Below, piece after piece: positions 13,907 through 29,216 of a stretch of DNA of 64,000 bases. The notes below the pieces were generated by a model. That model ran no database searches, was not told the origin of the DNA, and was given only the letters and a program-made list of their open reading frames with translations. The position numbers and the translations under genes are program-made. The stretch lies in the NCBI RefSeq assembly GCF_055900595.2, contig NZ_CM148325.1; one strand, written 5' to 3'. How positions within the stretch are numbered: the stretch's first letter is position 1; every line of letters begins with the position of its first letter.

Positions 13907-15607
13907 ATGCGACTGCTCAACCGTCTTAACCAGTATCAACGTCTGTGGCAACCTTCTGCCGGAAAGCCGCAAACCGTCACCGTCAGCGAACTGGCCGAAC
14001 GCTGTTTTTGCAGCGAACGCCATGTTCGTACGCTGTTACGCCAGGCACAGGAGGCGGGATGGCTGGAGTGGCAGGCGCAGTCAGGACGCGGAAAGCGCGG
14101 TCAACTACGCTTTCTGGTCACGCCAGAATCGCTACGCAATGCGATGATGGAACAGGCGCTGGAAACCGGAAAGCAGCAAGATGTGCTGGAGCTGGCGCAA
14201 CTGGCCCCAGGTGAGCTGCGCACTCTGTTACAGCCGTTTATGGGCGGACAATGGCAAAACGATACGCCCACGTTGCGTATTCCCTACTATCGCCCGCTCG
14301 AACCGCTACAACCGGGCTTTTTGCCCGGCCGTGCCGAGCAGCATCTCGCCGGACAGATATTTTCCGGCCTGACCCGCTTCGATAATCATACCCAGCGCCC
14401 GATTGGCGATTTAGCGCATCACTGGGAAACCTCTGCTGACGGGTTACGCTGGGACTTTTATCTTCGTTCAACCCTACACTGGCATAACGGCGATGCAGTA
14501 AAAGCCTCACACTTACACCAGCGGTTATTGATGCTGTTACAACTGCCAGCACTGGATCAATTATTTATTAGCGTGAAGCGTATTGAAGTCACCCATCCGC
14601 AGTGTCTGACCTTCTTTTTACATCGCCCTGATTACTGGCTTGCACACCGACTGGCGAGCTACTGCAGCCATCTGGCGCATCCGCAATTCCCCCTGATCGG
14701 CACTGGTCCTTTTCGCTTAACACAATTCACAGCGGAACTGGTGCGCCTGGAGAGCCATGATTATTACCATTTACGTCATCCGCTGCTTAAAGCGGTTGAG
14801 TACTGGATAACTCCGCCGCTTTTCGAAAAAGATTTGGGAACCAGTTGTCGGCATCCCGTGCAAATCACCATCGGCAAACCGGAGGAGCTGCAACGGGTCA
14901 GCCAGGTCAGTAGTGGCATCAGTTTAGGTTTTTGCTATTTAACGTTGCGCAAAAGTCCCCGACTGTCCCTCTGGCAGGCGCGAAAAGTGATCTCCATTAT
15001 TCATCAATCCGGTTTATTACAAACGTTAGAAGTCGGAGAAAACCTGATCACCGCCAGTCATGCATTACTGCCAGGCTGGACTATTCCGCAATGGCAAGTA
15101 CCGGATGAAGTCAAACTACCGAAAACCTTGACGCTGGTTTACCACCTGCCGATAGAACTTCATACCATGGCAGAACGCCTACAGGCGACACTGGCCGCGG
15201 AAGGCTGTGAACTCACAATTATTTTTCATAACGCAAAAAACTGGGACGACACGACCCTACTGGCACACGCAGACCTCATGATGGGCGACAGGTTAATTGG
15301 CGAAGCACCGGAATATACCCTGGAGCAATGGCTGCGTTGCGATCCACTGTGGCCACATGTTTTCGACGCTCCAGCATATGCACATTTGCAATCGACACTG
15401 GACGCGGTGCAAGTAATGCCTGATGAGGAAAACCGATTTAATGCCCTGAAAGCGGTTTTTAGCCAATTAATGGCAGATGCGACGCTGACGCCGCTGTTCA
15501 ACTATCACTATCGCATTAGCGCCCCTCCCGGCGTGAACGGTGTGCGACTGACACCGCGAGGCTGGTTTGAATTTACCGAAGCCTGGCTTCCCGCGCCGTC
15601 GCAATGA
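13907..15607 (+). CDS. ybaE: Uncharacterised protein YbaE (solute-binding-protein-like), ~566 aa
   Basis: ATG at 13907 (MRLLNRLNQYQRLWQ...); synteny between cof and queC. Confidence 0.8.
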   Translation: MRLLNRLNQYQRLWQPSAGKPQTVTVSELAERCFCSERHVRTLLRQAQEAGWLEWQAQSGRGKRGQLRFLVTPESLRNAMMEQALETGKQQDVLELAQLAPGELRTLLQPFMGGQWQNDTPTLRIPYYRPLEPLQPGFLPGRAEQHLAGQIFSGLTRFDNHTQRPIGDLAHHWETSADGLRWDFYLRSTLHWHNGDAVKASHLHQRLLMLLQLPALDQLFISVKRIEVTHPQCLTFFLHRPDYWLAHRLASYCSHLAHPQFPLIGTGPFRLTQFTAELVRLESHDYYHLRHPLLKAVEYWITPPLFEKDLGTSCRHPVQITIGKPEELQRVSQVSSGISLGFCYLTLRKSPRLSLWQARKVISIIHQSGLLQTLEVGENLITASHALLPGWTIPQWQVPDEVKLPKTLTLVYHLPIELHTMAERLQATLAAEGCELTIIFHNAKNWDDTTLLAHADLMMGDRLIGEAPEYTLEQWLRCDPLWPHVFDAPAYAHLQSTLDAVQVMPDEENRFNALKAVFSQLMADATLTPLFNYHYRISAPPGVNGVRLTPRGWFEFTEAWLPAPSQ

Positions 15608-15671
15608 ATAGCTGGTCCGGGTTAATCGCAGGCGTTACCATAACGCTTTTATTGTTCAAGCAGGATTATCT

Positions 15672-16367
15672 ATGAAACGTGCTGTCGTTGTGTTCAGTGG
15701 AGGCCAGGATTCCACCACCTGTCTGGTGCAGGCATTACAACAATATGATGAAGTCCATTGCGTGACGTTCGATTACGGTCAGCGACATCGCGCAGAAATC
15801 GACGTGGCACGCGAACTGGCGCTGAAACTGGGCGCTCGTGCACATAAAGTGCTGGATGTAACGCTGCTCAACGAACTGGCGGTCAGCAGCCTGACGCGTG
15901 ACAGCATTCCGGTGCCTGATTATGAACCTGAAGCTGATGGCATCCCGAATACGTTTGTCCCTGGGCGTAATATTTTGTTCCTGACACTGGCGGCAATATA
16001 TGCGTATCAGGTAAAAGCAGAAGCCGTAATTACCGGCGTCTGCGAAACGGATTTCTCCGGCTACCCAGATTGCCGCGATGAGTTTGTGAAAGCACTAAAC
16101 CATGCTGTCAGTTTAGGCATGGCGAAAGATATTCGTTTTGAAACGCCGCTGATGTGGATTGATAAAGCGGAAACCTGGGCGCTGGCTGATTATTACGGCA
16201 AACTAGATTTAGTCCGTAACGAAACGTTGACCTGCTATAACGGCATTAAAGGCGACGGTTGCGGTCATTGTGCGGCGTGTAATTTACGCTCCAACGGTTT
16301 GCATCATTATCTGGCCGATAAACCGACGGTGATGGCAGCGATGAAGCAGAAAACCGGGTTGAAGTAA
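15672..16367 (+). CDS. queC: 7-cyano-7-deazaguanine synthase QueC, 231 aa
   Basis: [19 protein letters not shown]-loop ATPase motif and C-terminal zinc-binding cysteines (CGHCAAC). Confidence 0.92.
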   Translation: MKRAVVVFSGGQDSTTCLVQALQQYDEVHCVTFDYGQRHRAEIDVARELALKLGARAHKVLDVTLLNELAVSSLTRDSIPVPDYEPEADGIPNTFVPGRNILFLTLAAIYAYQVKAEAVITGVCETDFSGYPDCRDEFVKALNHAVSLGMAKDIRFETPLMWIDKAETWALADYYGKLDLVRNETLTCYNGIKGDGCGHCAACNLRSNGLHHYLADKPTVMAAMKQKTGLK

Positions 16368-16375
16368 TTATTCCG

Positions 16376-16410
16376 GGTGTCGCCGGATGCGGCTTGAGCA
16401 TCCGGCACCA
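16376..16410. repeat. REP palindromic element between convergent queC and fadM
   Basis: gccggatgcggcttgagcatccggc palindrome with the REP core GCCGGATGCGGC. Confidence 0.7.
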
Positions 16411-16418
16411 CAAAACGT

Positions 16419-16817
16419 TTACTTAACCATCTGCTCCAGCTTTTCGCGCAATTCCCCTTCCAGAGCTAATGCTTTCTGCGTTTTAAGATCAATACAAACA
16501 AACGTAATAAGCGCATCCGCGACCACCTGCCCTTCCGGCTCCAGTGTAATGACCTGGCTTAAGATGCCGCTTTTACCGTTTAATTGCTGCAACTGACTGG
16601 TAATGGTTAACAGGTCGCTTAATACCGCCGGGCGACGATAGTTAATATTGATATTGACCACGACGAAGGCGATGTTATGGGCCGTCATCCACTGAAAACT
16701 GTCGCTATTTTCCAACCCATCCCAGCGGGCTTCTTCGAGAAACTCAAGGTAGCGGGCGTTGTTTACGTGCTGGTAAACGTCGAGATGATATCCACGAACT
16801 TTGATTTGTGTTTGCAT
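16419..16817 (-). CDS. fadM: Long-chain acyl-CoA thioesterase III FadM (YbaW), 132 aa
   Basis: Complete ORF MQTQIKVRGYHLDVYQHVNNARYLEFLEEARW (hotdog-fold thioesterase). Confidence 0.88.
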   Translation of the reverse strand: MQTQIKVRGYHLDVYQHVNNARYLEFLEEARWDGLENSDSFQWMTAHNIAFVVVNININYRRPAVLSDLLTITSQLQQLNGKSGILSQVITLEPEGQVVADALITFVCIDLKTQKALALEGELREKLEQMVK

Positions 16818-16870
16818 AGCGCAATAACCTTACGTTGTTGTTATAAGAACTGTTATAAGTGCAGAGGTCA

Positions 16871-16902
<32 letters not shown>

Positions 16903-16903
16903 T

Positions 16904-17336
<433 letters not shown>

Positions 17337-17350
17337 ACAGTGAAAACAGG

Positions 17351-19316
<1,966 letters not shown>

Positions 19317-19507
19317 GGTGTAACAACACTCCGCTGTAGATGACTGTGTACCTCACGCAACGTATCGATGCGCGCAAAGGCCTATTGTGACAAGAAACGG
19401 GGGCAATTGTCAGCCCACAAGACGCAGAAAGTCACCGAATACAAATAAAAAAGGCACATCAGTAGATGCGCCCTTGAACTTCGTCACATCCCCACTGGGG
19501 ACAACGC

Positions 19508-19780
19508 TTAGTTTACCGCGTCTTTCAGTGCTTTACCTGCACGGAAGCTCGGTACTTTAGCGGCAGCGATGGTGATCTCTTTACCGGTCTGCGGGTTGCG
19601 GCCAGTACGGGCAGCACGCTCTTTAACGGCAAAAGTACCAAAACCTACCAGTGCTACATCATCCCCTTCTTTCAGAGATTCAGTTACGGAAGCAATAATA
19701 GCATCTAACGCACGGCCAGCCGCAGCTTTAGAGATATCAGCCCCTGCAGCAATCTTGTCGATCAATTGAGATTTATTCAC
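19508..19780 (-). CDS. hupB: DNA-binding protein HU-beta, 90 aa
   Basis: [50 protein letters not shown] recognised as HU-beta. Confidence 0.96.
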
Positions 19781-19918
19781 TCTTCTCTTCCTCTTTATAA
19801 TTTATATCGCACTTGAATCCTTCAAGGTACGAACGCGCAGCAGTTATATCAGGCCAGCCATCCCCTTACAACACCCCTTAATAAGGGCAAGCCCAATCCG
19901 CCATCTAACTTAGCGAGA

Positions 19919-19956
19919 CAAAAAAAGGCTGGCAAGTCCGAATTAGCCTGCCAGCC
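19919..19956 (-). terminator. Intrinsic terminator downstream of lon
   Basis: On the minus strand, hairpin ggctggcagg-cttgccagcc followed by a T-run, about 30 nt after the lon stop. Confidence 0.75.
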
Positions 19957-19988
19957 CTGTTTTTATTAGTGCATTTTGCGCGAGGTCA

Positions 19989-22343
19989 CTATTTTGCAGT
20001 CACAACCTGCATGCCAGACGGTTCATTTTGCAGCGCAAGAGTCAGAACTTCCTCAATGCGTTTCACAGGATGAATGTCCAGATCAGCAATTACGTTGTCA
20101 GGAATCTCTTCCAGATCGCGTTTATTTTCGAACGGAATTAACACTGTTTTAATCCCGCCGCGATGCGCTGCCAGTAGTTTTTCTTTCAAACCACCGATCG
20201 GCAGTACCTGACCACGCAGAGTGATCTCACCAGTCATTGCCACATCGGCACGAACCGGGTTACCGGTCAGGCAAGAAACCAGCGCGGTGCACATAGCAAT
20301 ACCGGCACTCGGACCATCTTTCGGCGTCGCACCTTCCGGTACGTGGACGTGGATGTCGCGTTTTTCGTAAAAATCAGGGTTGATCCCCAGTTTTTCCGCA
20401 CGCGCACGAACCACCGTTAACGCCGCCTGAATGGACTCCTGCATCACTTCGCCGAGCGAACCGGTATAGGTCAGTTTGCCTTTACCCGGAACGCACGCGG
20501 TTTCAATGGTAAGTAAGTCACCGCCCACTTCCGTCCACGCCAGACCGGTTACCTGACCGACACGGTTTTCGTTATCCGCGCGTCCATAGTCGAAACGCTG
20601 AACACCGAGATAGTCATGCAGGTTATCGCCGTTAATTTCGATATGTTTTAATGACTTATCGAGCAGTAACTGCTTAACCGCTTTGCGACACAGTTTGGAG
20701 ATTTCACGCTCCAGGCCACGCACGCCCGCCTCACGGGTGTAGTAACGAATAATGCCGATAATGGCGCTATCGTCGACGGTCAGTTCACCTTTTTTCAGTG
20801 CATTACGTTCAATCTGCTTCGGCAGCAGGTGACGTTTGGCGATGTTCAGTTTTTCATCTTCGGTATAACCGGAGAGGCGAATCACTTCCATACGATCCAG
20901 CAGTGGTGCCGGAATGTTCATGGAGTTTGACGTCGCGACAAACATCACGTCGCTAAGGTCGTAATCCACTTCCAGGTAGTGGTCGCTGAACGCTACGTTC
21001 TGCTCTGGATCCAGCACTTCAAGCAGTGCGGAAGCCGGATCGCCACGCATGTCAGAAGACATTTTGTCGATCTCATCGAGCAGGAACAGCGGGTTTTTCA
21101 CGCCCACTTTCGCCATTTTCTGGATCAATTTACCCGGCATAGAACCGATGTAAGTACGGCGGTGACCACGGATTTCCGCTTCGTCACGCACGCCGCCCAG
21201 CGCCATACGAACATATTTACGTCCGGTAGCTTTGGCGATGGACTGACCCAGGGACGTTTTACCTACCCCCGGCGGCCCAACCAGGCAGAGGATCGGTCCC
21301 TTGATTTTGTTGACACGGCTTTGAACCGCAAGATACTCAAGGATACGATCTTTAACGCGCTCCAGACCATAATGGTCGGTATCAAGGATTTCTTGCGCCT
21401 GACGCAGATCTTTTTTGACCTTGCTACGCGCATTCCACGGCACCTGCACCATCCAGTCGATATAACCACGCACCACGGTCGCTTCTGCCGACATCGGAGA
21501 CATCATTTTCAGCTTCTGCAGTTCTGCTTCCGCTTTCTCTTTTGCCTCTTTCGGCATTTTCGCCGCGTCGATTTTCCGCTTCAGGGCTTCGTTTTCGTCC
21601 GGCGCGTCGTCCATTTCACCGAGTTCTTTCTGAATAGCTTTCATTTGCTCGTTCAGATAGTACTCACGCTGGGATTTCTCCATCTGCTTTTTAACGCGGT
21701 TGCGAATGCGTTTCTCAACCTGCAGCAGATCGATTTCCGATTCCATCATTGCCATCAGATATTCCAGACGTTCGTTAACGTCGGACATCTCCAGAACGGA
21801 CTGTTTGTCAGCCAGTTTCAGCGGCATATGTGCAGCAATGGTATCCGCCAGACGCGCCGGATCGTCGATGCTATTCAGCGACGTCAGCACTTCTGGTGGA
21901 ATTTTTTTGTTCAGCTTGATGTAGCCTTCGAACTGGCTGATTGCAGTACGCACCAGCACTTCCTGTTCCCGCTCATCAATGGTCGGCGACTCCAGATACT
22001 CCGCCTTCGCAGAAAAGTGTTCGCCATTGTCAGAGAGCGCAGAAATACGCGCGCGCTGTAACCCCTCGACCAGCACTTTGACGGTGCCGTCAGGCAGTTT
22101 CAGCATCTGCAATATAGAGGCCACGGTCCCGACGGTGAAAAGATCGTTTACACCCGGCTCATCCGTTGAAGCTTCTTTCTGCGCGACCAGCATAATTTTT
22201 TTATCATGGTCCATCGCCGCTTCCAGACAACGGATAGATTTTTCCCGCCCGACAAATAAGGGGATGACCATGTGCGGATAAACCACCACATCGCGCAGCG
22301 GCAATACGGGGATTTCAATGCGTTCAGAACGCTCAGGATTCAT
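19989..22343 (-). CDS. lon: ATP-dependent protease Lon, 784 aa
   Basis: ATG at 22343 ([37 protein letters not shown]...); Walker [10 protein letters not shown]; protease-domain serine in [17 protein letters not shown]. Confidence 0.97.
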   Translation of the reverse strand: MNPERSERIEIPVLPLRDVVVYPHMVIPLFVGREKSIRCLEAAMDHDKKIMLVAQKEASTDEPGVNDLFTVGTVASILQMLKLPDGTVKVLVEGLQRARISALSDNGEHFSAKAEYLESPTIDEREQEVLVRTAISQFEGYIKLNKKIPPEVLTSLNSIDDPARLADTIAAHMPLKLADKQSVLEMSDVNERLEYLMAMMESEIDLLQVEKRIRNRVKKQMEKSQREYYLNEQMKAIQKELGEMDDAPDENEALKRKIDAAKMPKEAKEKAEAELQKLKMMSPMSAEATVVRGYIDWMVQVPWNARSKVKKDLRQAQEILDTDHYGLERVKDRILEYLAVQSRVNKIKGPILCLVGPPGVGKTSLGQSIAKATGRKYVRMALGGVRDEAEIRGHRRTYIGSMPGKLIQKMAKVGVKNPLFLLDEIDKMSSDMRGDPASALLEVLDPEQNVAFSDHYLEVDYDLSDVMFVATSNSMNIPAPLLDRMEVIRLSGYTEDEKLNIAKRHLLPKQIERNALKKGELTVDDSAIIGIIRYYTREAGVRGLEREISKLCRKAVKQLLLDKSLKHIEINGDNLHDYLGVQRFDYGRADNENRVGQVTGLAWTEVGGDLLTIETACVPGKGKLTYTGSLGEVMQESIQAALTVVRARAEKLGINPDFYEKRDIHVHVPEGATPKDGPSAGIAMCTALVSCLTGNPVRADVAMTGEITLRGQVLPIGGLKEKLLAAHRGGIKTVLIPFENKRDLEEIPDNVIADLDIHPVKRIEEVLTLALQNEPSGMQVVTAK

Positions 22344-22426
22344 AGAGCTCTCTCTTAGTTTAATTTCCGCCAGGTAATCAGATGACACGACTGTGCTTCA
22401 CGCCATCTATTAACATGTACGTCAGT

Positions 22427-22453
22427 ATATGGGGATGTTTCCCCCACATTCAA
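22427..22453 (-). promoter_or_regulatory. sigma32 heat-shock promoter of lon
   Basis: Minus strand reads gcgTTGAATgtgggggaaacatCCCCATATact; matches the sigma32 -35 (CTTGAA) and -10 (CCCCATNT) elements with ~13 nt spacing, upstream of the lon start. Confidence 0.7.
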
Positions 22454-22468
22454 CGCCGAGAATAGAGG

Positions 22469-22505
22469 AAAAATTAAAGGGGAGATAAAATCCCCCCTTT
22501 TTGGT
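22469..22505 (-). terminator. Intrinsic terminator downstream of clpX
   Basis: Hairpin ggggag-ataaaa-tcccccc flanked by A/T runs on both sides, about 25 nt after the clpX stop. Confidence 0.65.
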
Positions 22506-22530
22506 TAACTAATTGTATGGGAATGGTTAA

Positions 22531-23805
22531 TTATTCACCAGATGCCTGTTGCGCTTCCGGCTTGCCATAAATCAGCAACGGCTTGCTTTGACCATCAATT
22601 ACCGATTCGTCGATAACCACTTTTTCGACGTCTTCCATGGACGGCAGATCGTACATGGTATCGAGCAGTGCGGCTTCTACGATGGAACGCAGGCCACGGG
22701 CACCGGTTTTACGCGCCATCGCTTTCTTAGCGATAGCATCCAGCGCCTCGTCACGGAATTCCAGATCCACGCCTTCCAGATTAAACAGCGCCTGATACTG
22801 CTTGGTCAGGGCGTTTTTCGGCTCTTTGAGGATCTGAATCAGAGCTTCTTCGCTCAGTTCATTCAACGTTGCGACAACCGGCAGACGACCAATGAACTCA
22901 GGGATCAGACCAAACTTGATCAGATCTTCCGGTTCAACCTGCGCCAGCAGCTCGCCTTCACTTGCTTTGTCAGATTTCGCTTTTACCGTCGCGCCAAAAC
23001 CAATGCCGGAGCCTGTTTCTACACGATGGGAAATCACTTTATCCAGACCGGCAAACGCACCGCCACAGATAAACAGGATCTTAGAGGTATCAACCTGCAA
23101 GAATTCCTGCTGCGGATGTTTACGCCCACCTTGCGGTGGAACAGCAGCTACCGTACCTTCGATCAGTTTCAACAGTGCCTGCTGTACGCCTTCACCGGAA
23201 ACGTCTCGGGTAATGGACGGGTTGTCTGACTTACGAGAAATCTTGTCGATTTCATCGATGTAGACAATCCCGCGCTGCGCTTTCTGTACGTCGTAATCGC
23301 ACTTTTGCAACAGCTTCTGAATGATGTTTTCAACGTCTTCGCCCACATAACCGGCTTCGGTCAGCGTGGTTGCATCGGCCATGGTGAACGGGACGTCCAG
23401 CAGGCGCGCCAGCGTTTCGGCCAGCAGCGTTTTACCGGAACCGGTCGGACCGATCAGCAGAATGTTACTTTTGCCCAACTCGACACCATTGCTGGTATCT
23501 CCGTTGCGCAGACGTTTGTAGTGGTTGTATACCGCGACCGCCAGCACTTTTTTCGCCTGTTCCTGACCGATAACGTAATCGTCCAGGTGGTTGCGAATTT
23601 CATGCGGCGTCGGTAGCGCACTGCGTTCACGATGCGGTGCAACTTCTTTAATCTCTTCGCGAATGATGTCGTTACATAAATCAACACATTCGTCGCAGAT
23701 ATACACGGATGGACCGGCAATCAGCTTGCGCACTTCATGCTGGCTTTTGCCGCAAAAAGAGCAATACAGCAATTTGCCTGAGCCATCTTTGCGTTTATCT
23801 GTCAT
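22531..23805 (-). CDS. clpX: ATP-dependent Clp protease ATP-binding subunit ClpX, 424 aa
   Basis: N-terminal zinc-binding CSFCGK...CDEC, Walker A GPTGSGKT; recognised as ClpX. Confidence 0.97.
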
Positions 23806-23930
23806 GGGTCAAAACCTCTTCTTTGTTCTTTGTGCCGCACACGACGACGCAAATGCCATTCTCAGGCGCAAGCCGCTTACAGCGTTGTGCCGCCCTGGAT
23901 AAGTATAGCGGCACAGTTGCGCCTCTGGCA

Positions 23931-24554
23931 TCAATTACGATGGGTCAGAATCGAATCGACCAGACCGTATTCCACCGCTTCAGGGGCGGAAAGGAAGCGA
24001 TCGCGCTCGGTATCACGTTCAATCTGTTCTAATGATTGACCCGTATGAAGCGCCATAAGTTCATTCATGCGCCCTTTAACTTTCAGAATTTCACGGGCAT
24101 GAATTTCGATATCGGTCGCCTGGCCCTGGTAGCCGCCCAACGGCTGGTGAATCATCACGCGCGAATTCGGCAAGCAGAAACGTTTACCTTTTGCCCCTGC
24201 AGTCAGCAAGAAAGCGCCCATCGAAGCCGCCTGGCCCATACAGATGGTGCTGACATCAGGCTTGATAAACTGCATGGTGTCATAGATAGACATCCCGGCA
24301 GTGATCACCCCGCCTGGGGAGTTAATGTACAGATAGATATCTTTTTCTGGGTTTTCTGCTTCCAGGAACAGCATCTGCGCCACAATCAGGTTAGCCATGT
24401 GGTCTTCAACCTGGCCAGTCAGAAAAATGACGCGTTCCTTAAGTAGACGAGAATAGATATCAAAAGAGCGCTCACCACGTGAGGTCTGTTCAATGACCAT
24501 CGGCACCAGCGCCATATGGGGTGCAAAGTTATCTCGTTCGCCGCTGTATGACAT
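23931..24554 (-). CDS. clpP: ATP-dependent Clp protease proteolytic subunit ClpP, 207 aa
   Basis: [47 protein letters not shown]...; active-site GQAASMGA. Confidence 0.97.
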   Translation of the reverse strand: MSYSGERDNFAPHMALVPMVIEQTSRGERSFDIYSRLLKERVIFLTGQVEDHMANLIVAQMLFLEAENPEKDIYLYINSPGGVITAGMSIYDTMQFIKPDVSTICMGQAASMGAFLLTAGAKGKRFCLPNSRVMIHQPLGGYQGQATDIEIHAREILKVKGRMNELMALHTGQSLEQIERDTERDRFLSAPEAVEYGLVDSILTHRN

Positions 24555-24732
24555 TTCCGTCTCCTGGATAAAATTGAAAAAACCTGCTGTACCGATTGTA
24601 ACCTTATGGACGGATTATCAGCTAGTCCCTGTGTTATGGGTACGGCATCACCATATTTCAAGCATAACAATCTTTTGTTGTTACGCTAACACCGAAAGAG
24701 GCTTTTCGCACGGTTCCATGCAAAATTCATGA

Positions 24733-24767
24733 CAAAAAAAGGCCCACCACCTGGCGGTGATGGGCCT
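24733..24767 (-). terminator. Intrinsic terminator downstream of tig
   Basis: Minus strand: hairpin ggcccatcaccgccaggtggtgggcc followed by ttttttt. Confidence 0.75.
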
Positions 24768-24799
24768 TTGTGCGAATTTAGCGCGTTATGCTGCGTAAA

Positions 24800-26107
<1,308 letters not shown>

Positions 26108-26441
26108 TCAAAAAATCACAGTGCTCGGTCAACTCTTACCCCGCAAGCACAGGTTGTTGGCTTCGCGGAACCGGGATGTTCTTATAATCAATCACATTCC
26201 CTGTTACCAGAATCATCCCGAAAGCATTCAAATAGGACGCGGCATTATAGCGGCATCACTTTTATGAGTCGAGAACGGTTATTGCGCGCTGTCGCGTATT
26301 TTTTCACAATTCCCGGGCAATTTTCGTCTGAATGCTGGGCAAAAAGCGCAAAATCCAGACAAAACAAAACGGCCCGCAGGCCGTTTTTCATAAAATCTTT
26401 AGCAACATACTGGAAAAGCGCCGACAGTTGCAAATGCGTTT

Positions 26442-26759
26442 TTACGCGATGCTTCCTGCTCCACGACAGGGAGGAGAGGCAAAGACGGTGTCCTGCAACC
26501 CTTCCCACTCCTTAATAGTGTAAGTATGCAGAGCCAGCGCATGAACGGTAGTAGAGAGTTCCTCCGCTAAAGTACTGTAAATCATTCGATGACGATTCAG
26601 AAAACGTTCACCCGTAAAACGATCGCTGACCAGCACAACTTTAAAATGGCTTTCAGAGCCGGCTGGGACATTGTGACGATAGCTTTCATCCACTACTTCG
26701 AGGAATACGGGTTGGAACGCCGCCCTTAATTTTTCTTCTATCCGCTCACGTATCATCAT
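26442..26759 (-). CDS. bolA: Stress/morphogene regulator BolA, 105 aa
   Basis: ATG at 26759 ([48 protein letters not shown]...). Confidence 0.92.
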
Positions 26760-27063
26760 GAAATATCTCCTCCGACAACGCTGAGATGTCATCCATCCCT
26801 TTAAATACTAGCCGCTTTTACCGTTTCCATTGCAGCTTAACAACAAATATTTAGGTTTCGTCCTGGTTTTTCCGTCAAGCGTATGAAGTTTACTGATTTA
26901 AAGATTGAAACACAGGCCTCGCATCAGCGTTTCTTTTACCAGGGGCGATTATTTCGTCAACATGATGAATTTACATGCCTTACCCACTTCCCCTCGCCGT
27001 TGGCAATGTTATGATGGCGGGAATTTTTACCAAACACGCTTAAGAGTCTCTGAGAGCCCGAAC

Positions 27064-27642
27064 ATGTTCAAAAAAATCCTCTTCCCGTTAGTTGCTCTGT
27101 TTATGCTTGCAGGATGCGCAAAACCGCCAACAACTATTGAAGTTTCACCGACGATAACACTGCCACAGCAGGATCCAAGCCTGATGGGCGTCACCGTAAG
27201 CATTAATGGTGCCGATCAGCGTACCGATCAGGCGCTGGCAAAAGTCACCCGCGATAATCAAATCGTTACCCTGACTGCCTCCCGCGATCTGCGTTTCCTG
27301 CTGCAAGAAGTGCTGGAAAAACAGATGACCGCGCGCGGTTACATGGTTGGTCCGAATGGCCCGGTTAATCTGCAAATCATCGTTAGCCAACTGTATGCTG
27401 ACGTGTCCCAGGGCAACGTGCGCTATAACATCGCCACCAAAGCGGATATCGCTATCATCGCTACCGCGCAGAATGGCAACAAAATGACCAAAAACTATCG
27501 TGCCAGCTACAACGTTGAAGGTGCGTTCCAGGCCTCCAACAAAAATATCGCCGATGCGGTTAACAGTGTGCTGACCGATACCATCGCTGATATGTCTCAG
27601 GACACCAGCATCCACGAATTCATCAAGCAGAACGCGCGTTAA
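27064..27642 (+). CDS. yajG: Lipoprotein YajG, ~192 aa
   Basis: ATG at 27064 (MFKKILFPLVALFMLAGCAKPP) with lipobox; the upstream part of the 26905 frame is a non-coding extension. Confidence 0.88.
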   Translation: MFKKILFPLVALFMLAGCAKPPTTIEVSPTITLPQQDPSLMGVTVSINGADQRTDQALAKVTRDNQIVTLTASRDLRFLLQEVLEKQMTARGYMVGPNGPVNLQIIVSQLYADVSQGNVRYNIATKADIAIIATAQNGNKMTKNYRASYNVEGAFQASNKNIADAVNSVLTDTIADMSQDTSIHEFIKQNAR

Positions 27643-27685
27643 TTTCTGCCCTCTGGCCCGGTGCAAGCCGGGCCTGTAGACGCCC

Positions 27686-29161
27686 ATGTCCAGTCAATAT
27701 TTACGTATTTTTCAACAGCCACGTTCAGCCATATTGCTGATTCTGGGTTTTGCTTCCGGGCTACCGCTCGCCCTGACATCCGGCACCTTACAGGCCTGGA
27801 TGACGGTCGAGAATATCGATCTTAAAACCATTGGTTTCTTCTCTCTGGTAGGCCAGGCTTACGTTTTTAAATTCCTCTGGTCACCGCTGATGGACCGCTA
27901 CACGCCCCCATTTTTCGGGCGGCGGCGCGGTTGGCTGCTCGCCACGCAAATCCTGTTATTAGTCGCCATTGCGGCGATGGGTTTTCTCGAACCAGGCACC
28001 CAGCTCCGCTGGATGGCGGCACTGGCGGTGGTGATCGCTTTTTGCTCTGCCTCCCAGGATATTGTCTTCGATGCGTGGAAAACCGATGTGCTCCCGGCAG
28101 AAGAGCGTGGTGCGGGCGCGGCAATCAGCGTGCTGGGTTACCGTTTAGGGATGCTGGTTTCCGGCGGCTTAGCCCTGTGGCTGGCAGATAAATGGCTGGG
28201 CTGGCAGGGCATGTACTGGTTGATGGCGGCGCTGTTGATCCCCTGTATTATCGCGACGTTACTTGCACCAGAACCAACCGACACCGTTCCTGTGCCCAAA
28301 ACGCTGGAACAAGCGGTTGTTGCACCTCTGCGCGATTTCTTTGGTCGCAATAACGCGTGGCTTATTTTGCTTCTCATCGTGCTGTATAAGCTGGGCGACG
28401 CATTCGCCATGAGCCTGACAACCACTTTTTTGATTCGCGGCGTCGGATTTGATGCAGGTGAAGTAGGCGTGGTTAACAAAACGCTTGGCTTGCTGGCGAC
28501 CATTGTTGGCGCGTTGTACGGTGGGATTTTGATGCAGCGCCTGTCACTGTTCCGGGCGCTGCTGATTTTCGGTATTTTACAAGGTGCGTCTAACGCCGGT
28601 TACTGGCTGCTGTCGATTACTGATAAGCATCTCTACAGCATGGGCGCAGCCGTCTTTTTCGAAAACCTCTGTGGCGGGATGGGTACATCAGCCTTTGTCG
28701 CGCTGTTAATGACGCTGTGTAATAAGTCATTTTCCGCTACTCAATTTGCCCTGCTCTCAGCGCTTTCTGCTGTAGGGCGAGTTTATGTCGGCCCCGTGGC
28801 GGGTTGGTTTGTTGAAGCACACGGCTGGTCGACATTCTATCTGTTCTCCGTCGCCGCTGCCGTACCAGGGCTTTTTTTGCTGCTGGTTTGTCGCCAGACG
28901 CTTGAATATACACGAGTAAATGACAACTTTATCTCCCGTACTGAATATCCGGCAGGTTATGCCTTTGCCATGTGGACATTGGCGGCGGGCGTCAGCCTGT
29001 TGGCCGTGTGGTTACTGCTGTTGACGATGGACGCGCTGGATTTGACGCACTTCTCTTTCCTGCCTGCGCTGCTGGAAGTCGGGGTTTTAGTCGCCCTTTC
29101 TGGCGTCGTGCTTGGTGGTTTACTGGATTATCTGGCGCTACGAAAAACGCATCTGACGTAA
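27686..29161 (+). CDS. ampG: Muropeptide (anhydromuropeptide) permease AmpG, 491 aa
   Basis: Multi-TM MFS-type permease; recognised as AmpG; yajG-ampG arrangement. Confidence 0.93.
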   Translation: MSSQYLRIFQQPRSAILLILGFASGLPLALTSGTLQAWMTVENIDLKTIGFFSLVGQAYVFKFLWSPLMDRYTPPFFGRRRGWLLATQILLLVAIAAMGFLEPGTQLRWMAALAVVIAFCSASQDIVFDAWKTDVLPAEERGAGAAISVLGYRLGMLVSGGLALWLADKWLGWQGMYWLMAALLIPCIIATLLAPEPTDTVPVPKTLEQAVVAPLRDFFGRNNAWLILLLIVLYKLGDAFAMSLTTTFLIRGVGFDAGEVGVVNKTLGLLATIVGALYGGILMQRLSLFRALLIFGILQGASNAGYWLLSITDKHLYSMGAAVFFENLCGGMGTSAFVALLMTLCNKSFSATQFALLSALSAVGRVYVGPVAGWFVEAHGWSTFYLFSVAAAVPGLFLLLVCRQTLEYTRVNDNFISRTEYPAGYAFAMWTLAAGVSLLAVWLLLLTMDALDLTHFSFLPALLEVGVLVALSGVVLGGLLDYLALRKTHLT

Positions 29162-29174
29162 TCTGTAAATATTA

Positions 29175-29216
29175 TTTAGCCGTAGTAATCACTCGCCGTA
29201 ATTATTACGGCTAAAT
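29175..29216 (+). terminator. Long inverted repeat downstream of ampG (possible terminator or protein-binding site)
   Basis: tttagccgtagtaat ... attattacggctaaa: ~15-bp arms with one mismatch, not followed by a clear T-run. Confidence 0.4.

Noticed and set aside
20979-22061. 360-aa plus-strand ORF
   Set aside because: It lies entirely antisense within lon; a shadow ORF with a low-complexity, Arg/Phe/His-rich product.
26905-27063. Upstream extension of yajG (245-aa version)
   Set aside because: The lipoprotein signal peptide with lipobox begins at the internal ATG at 27064; the extension is non-coding leader.
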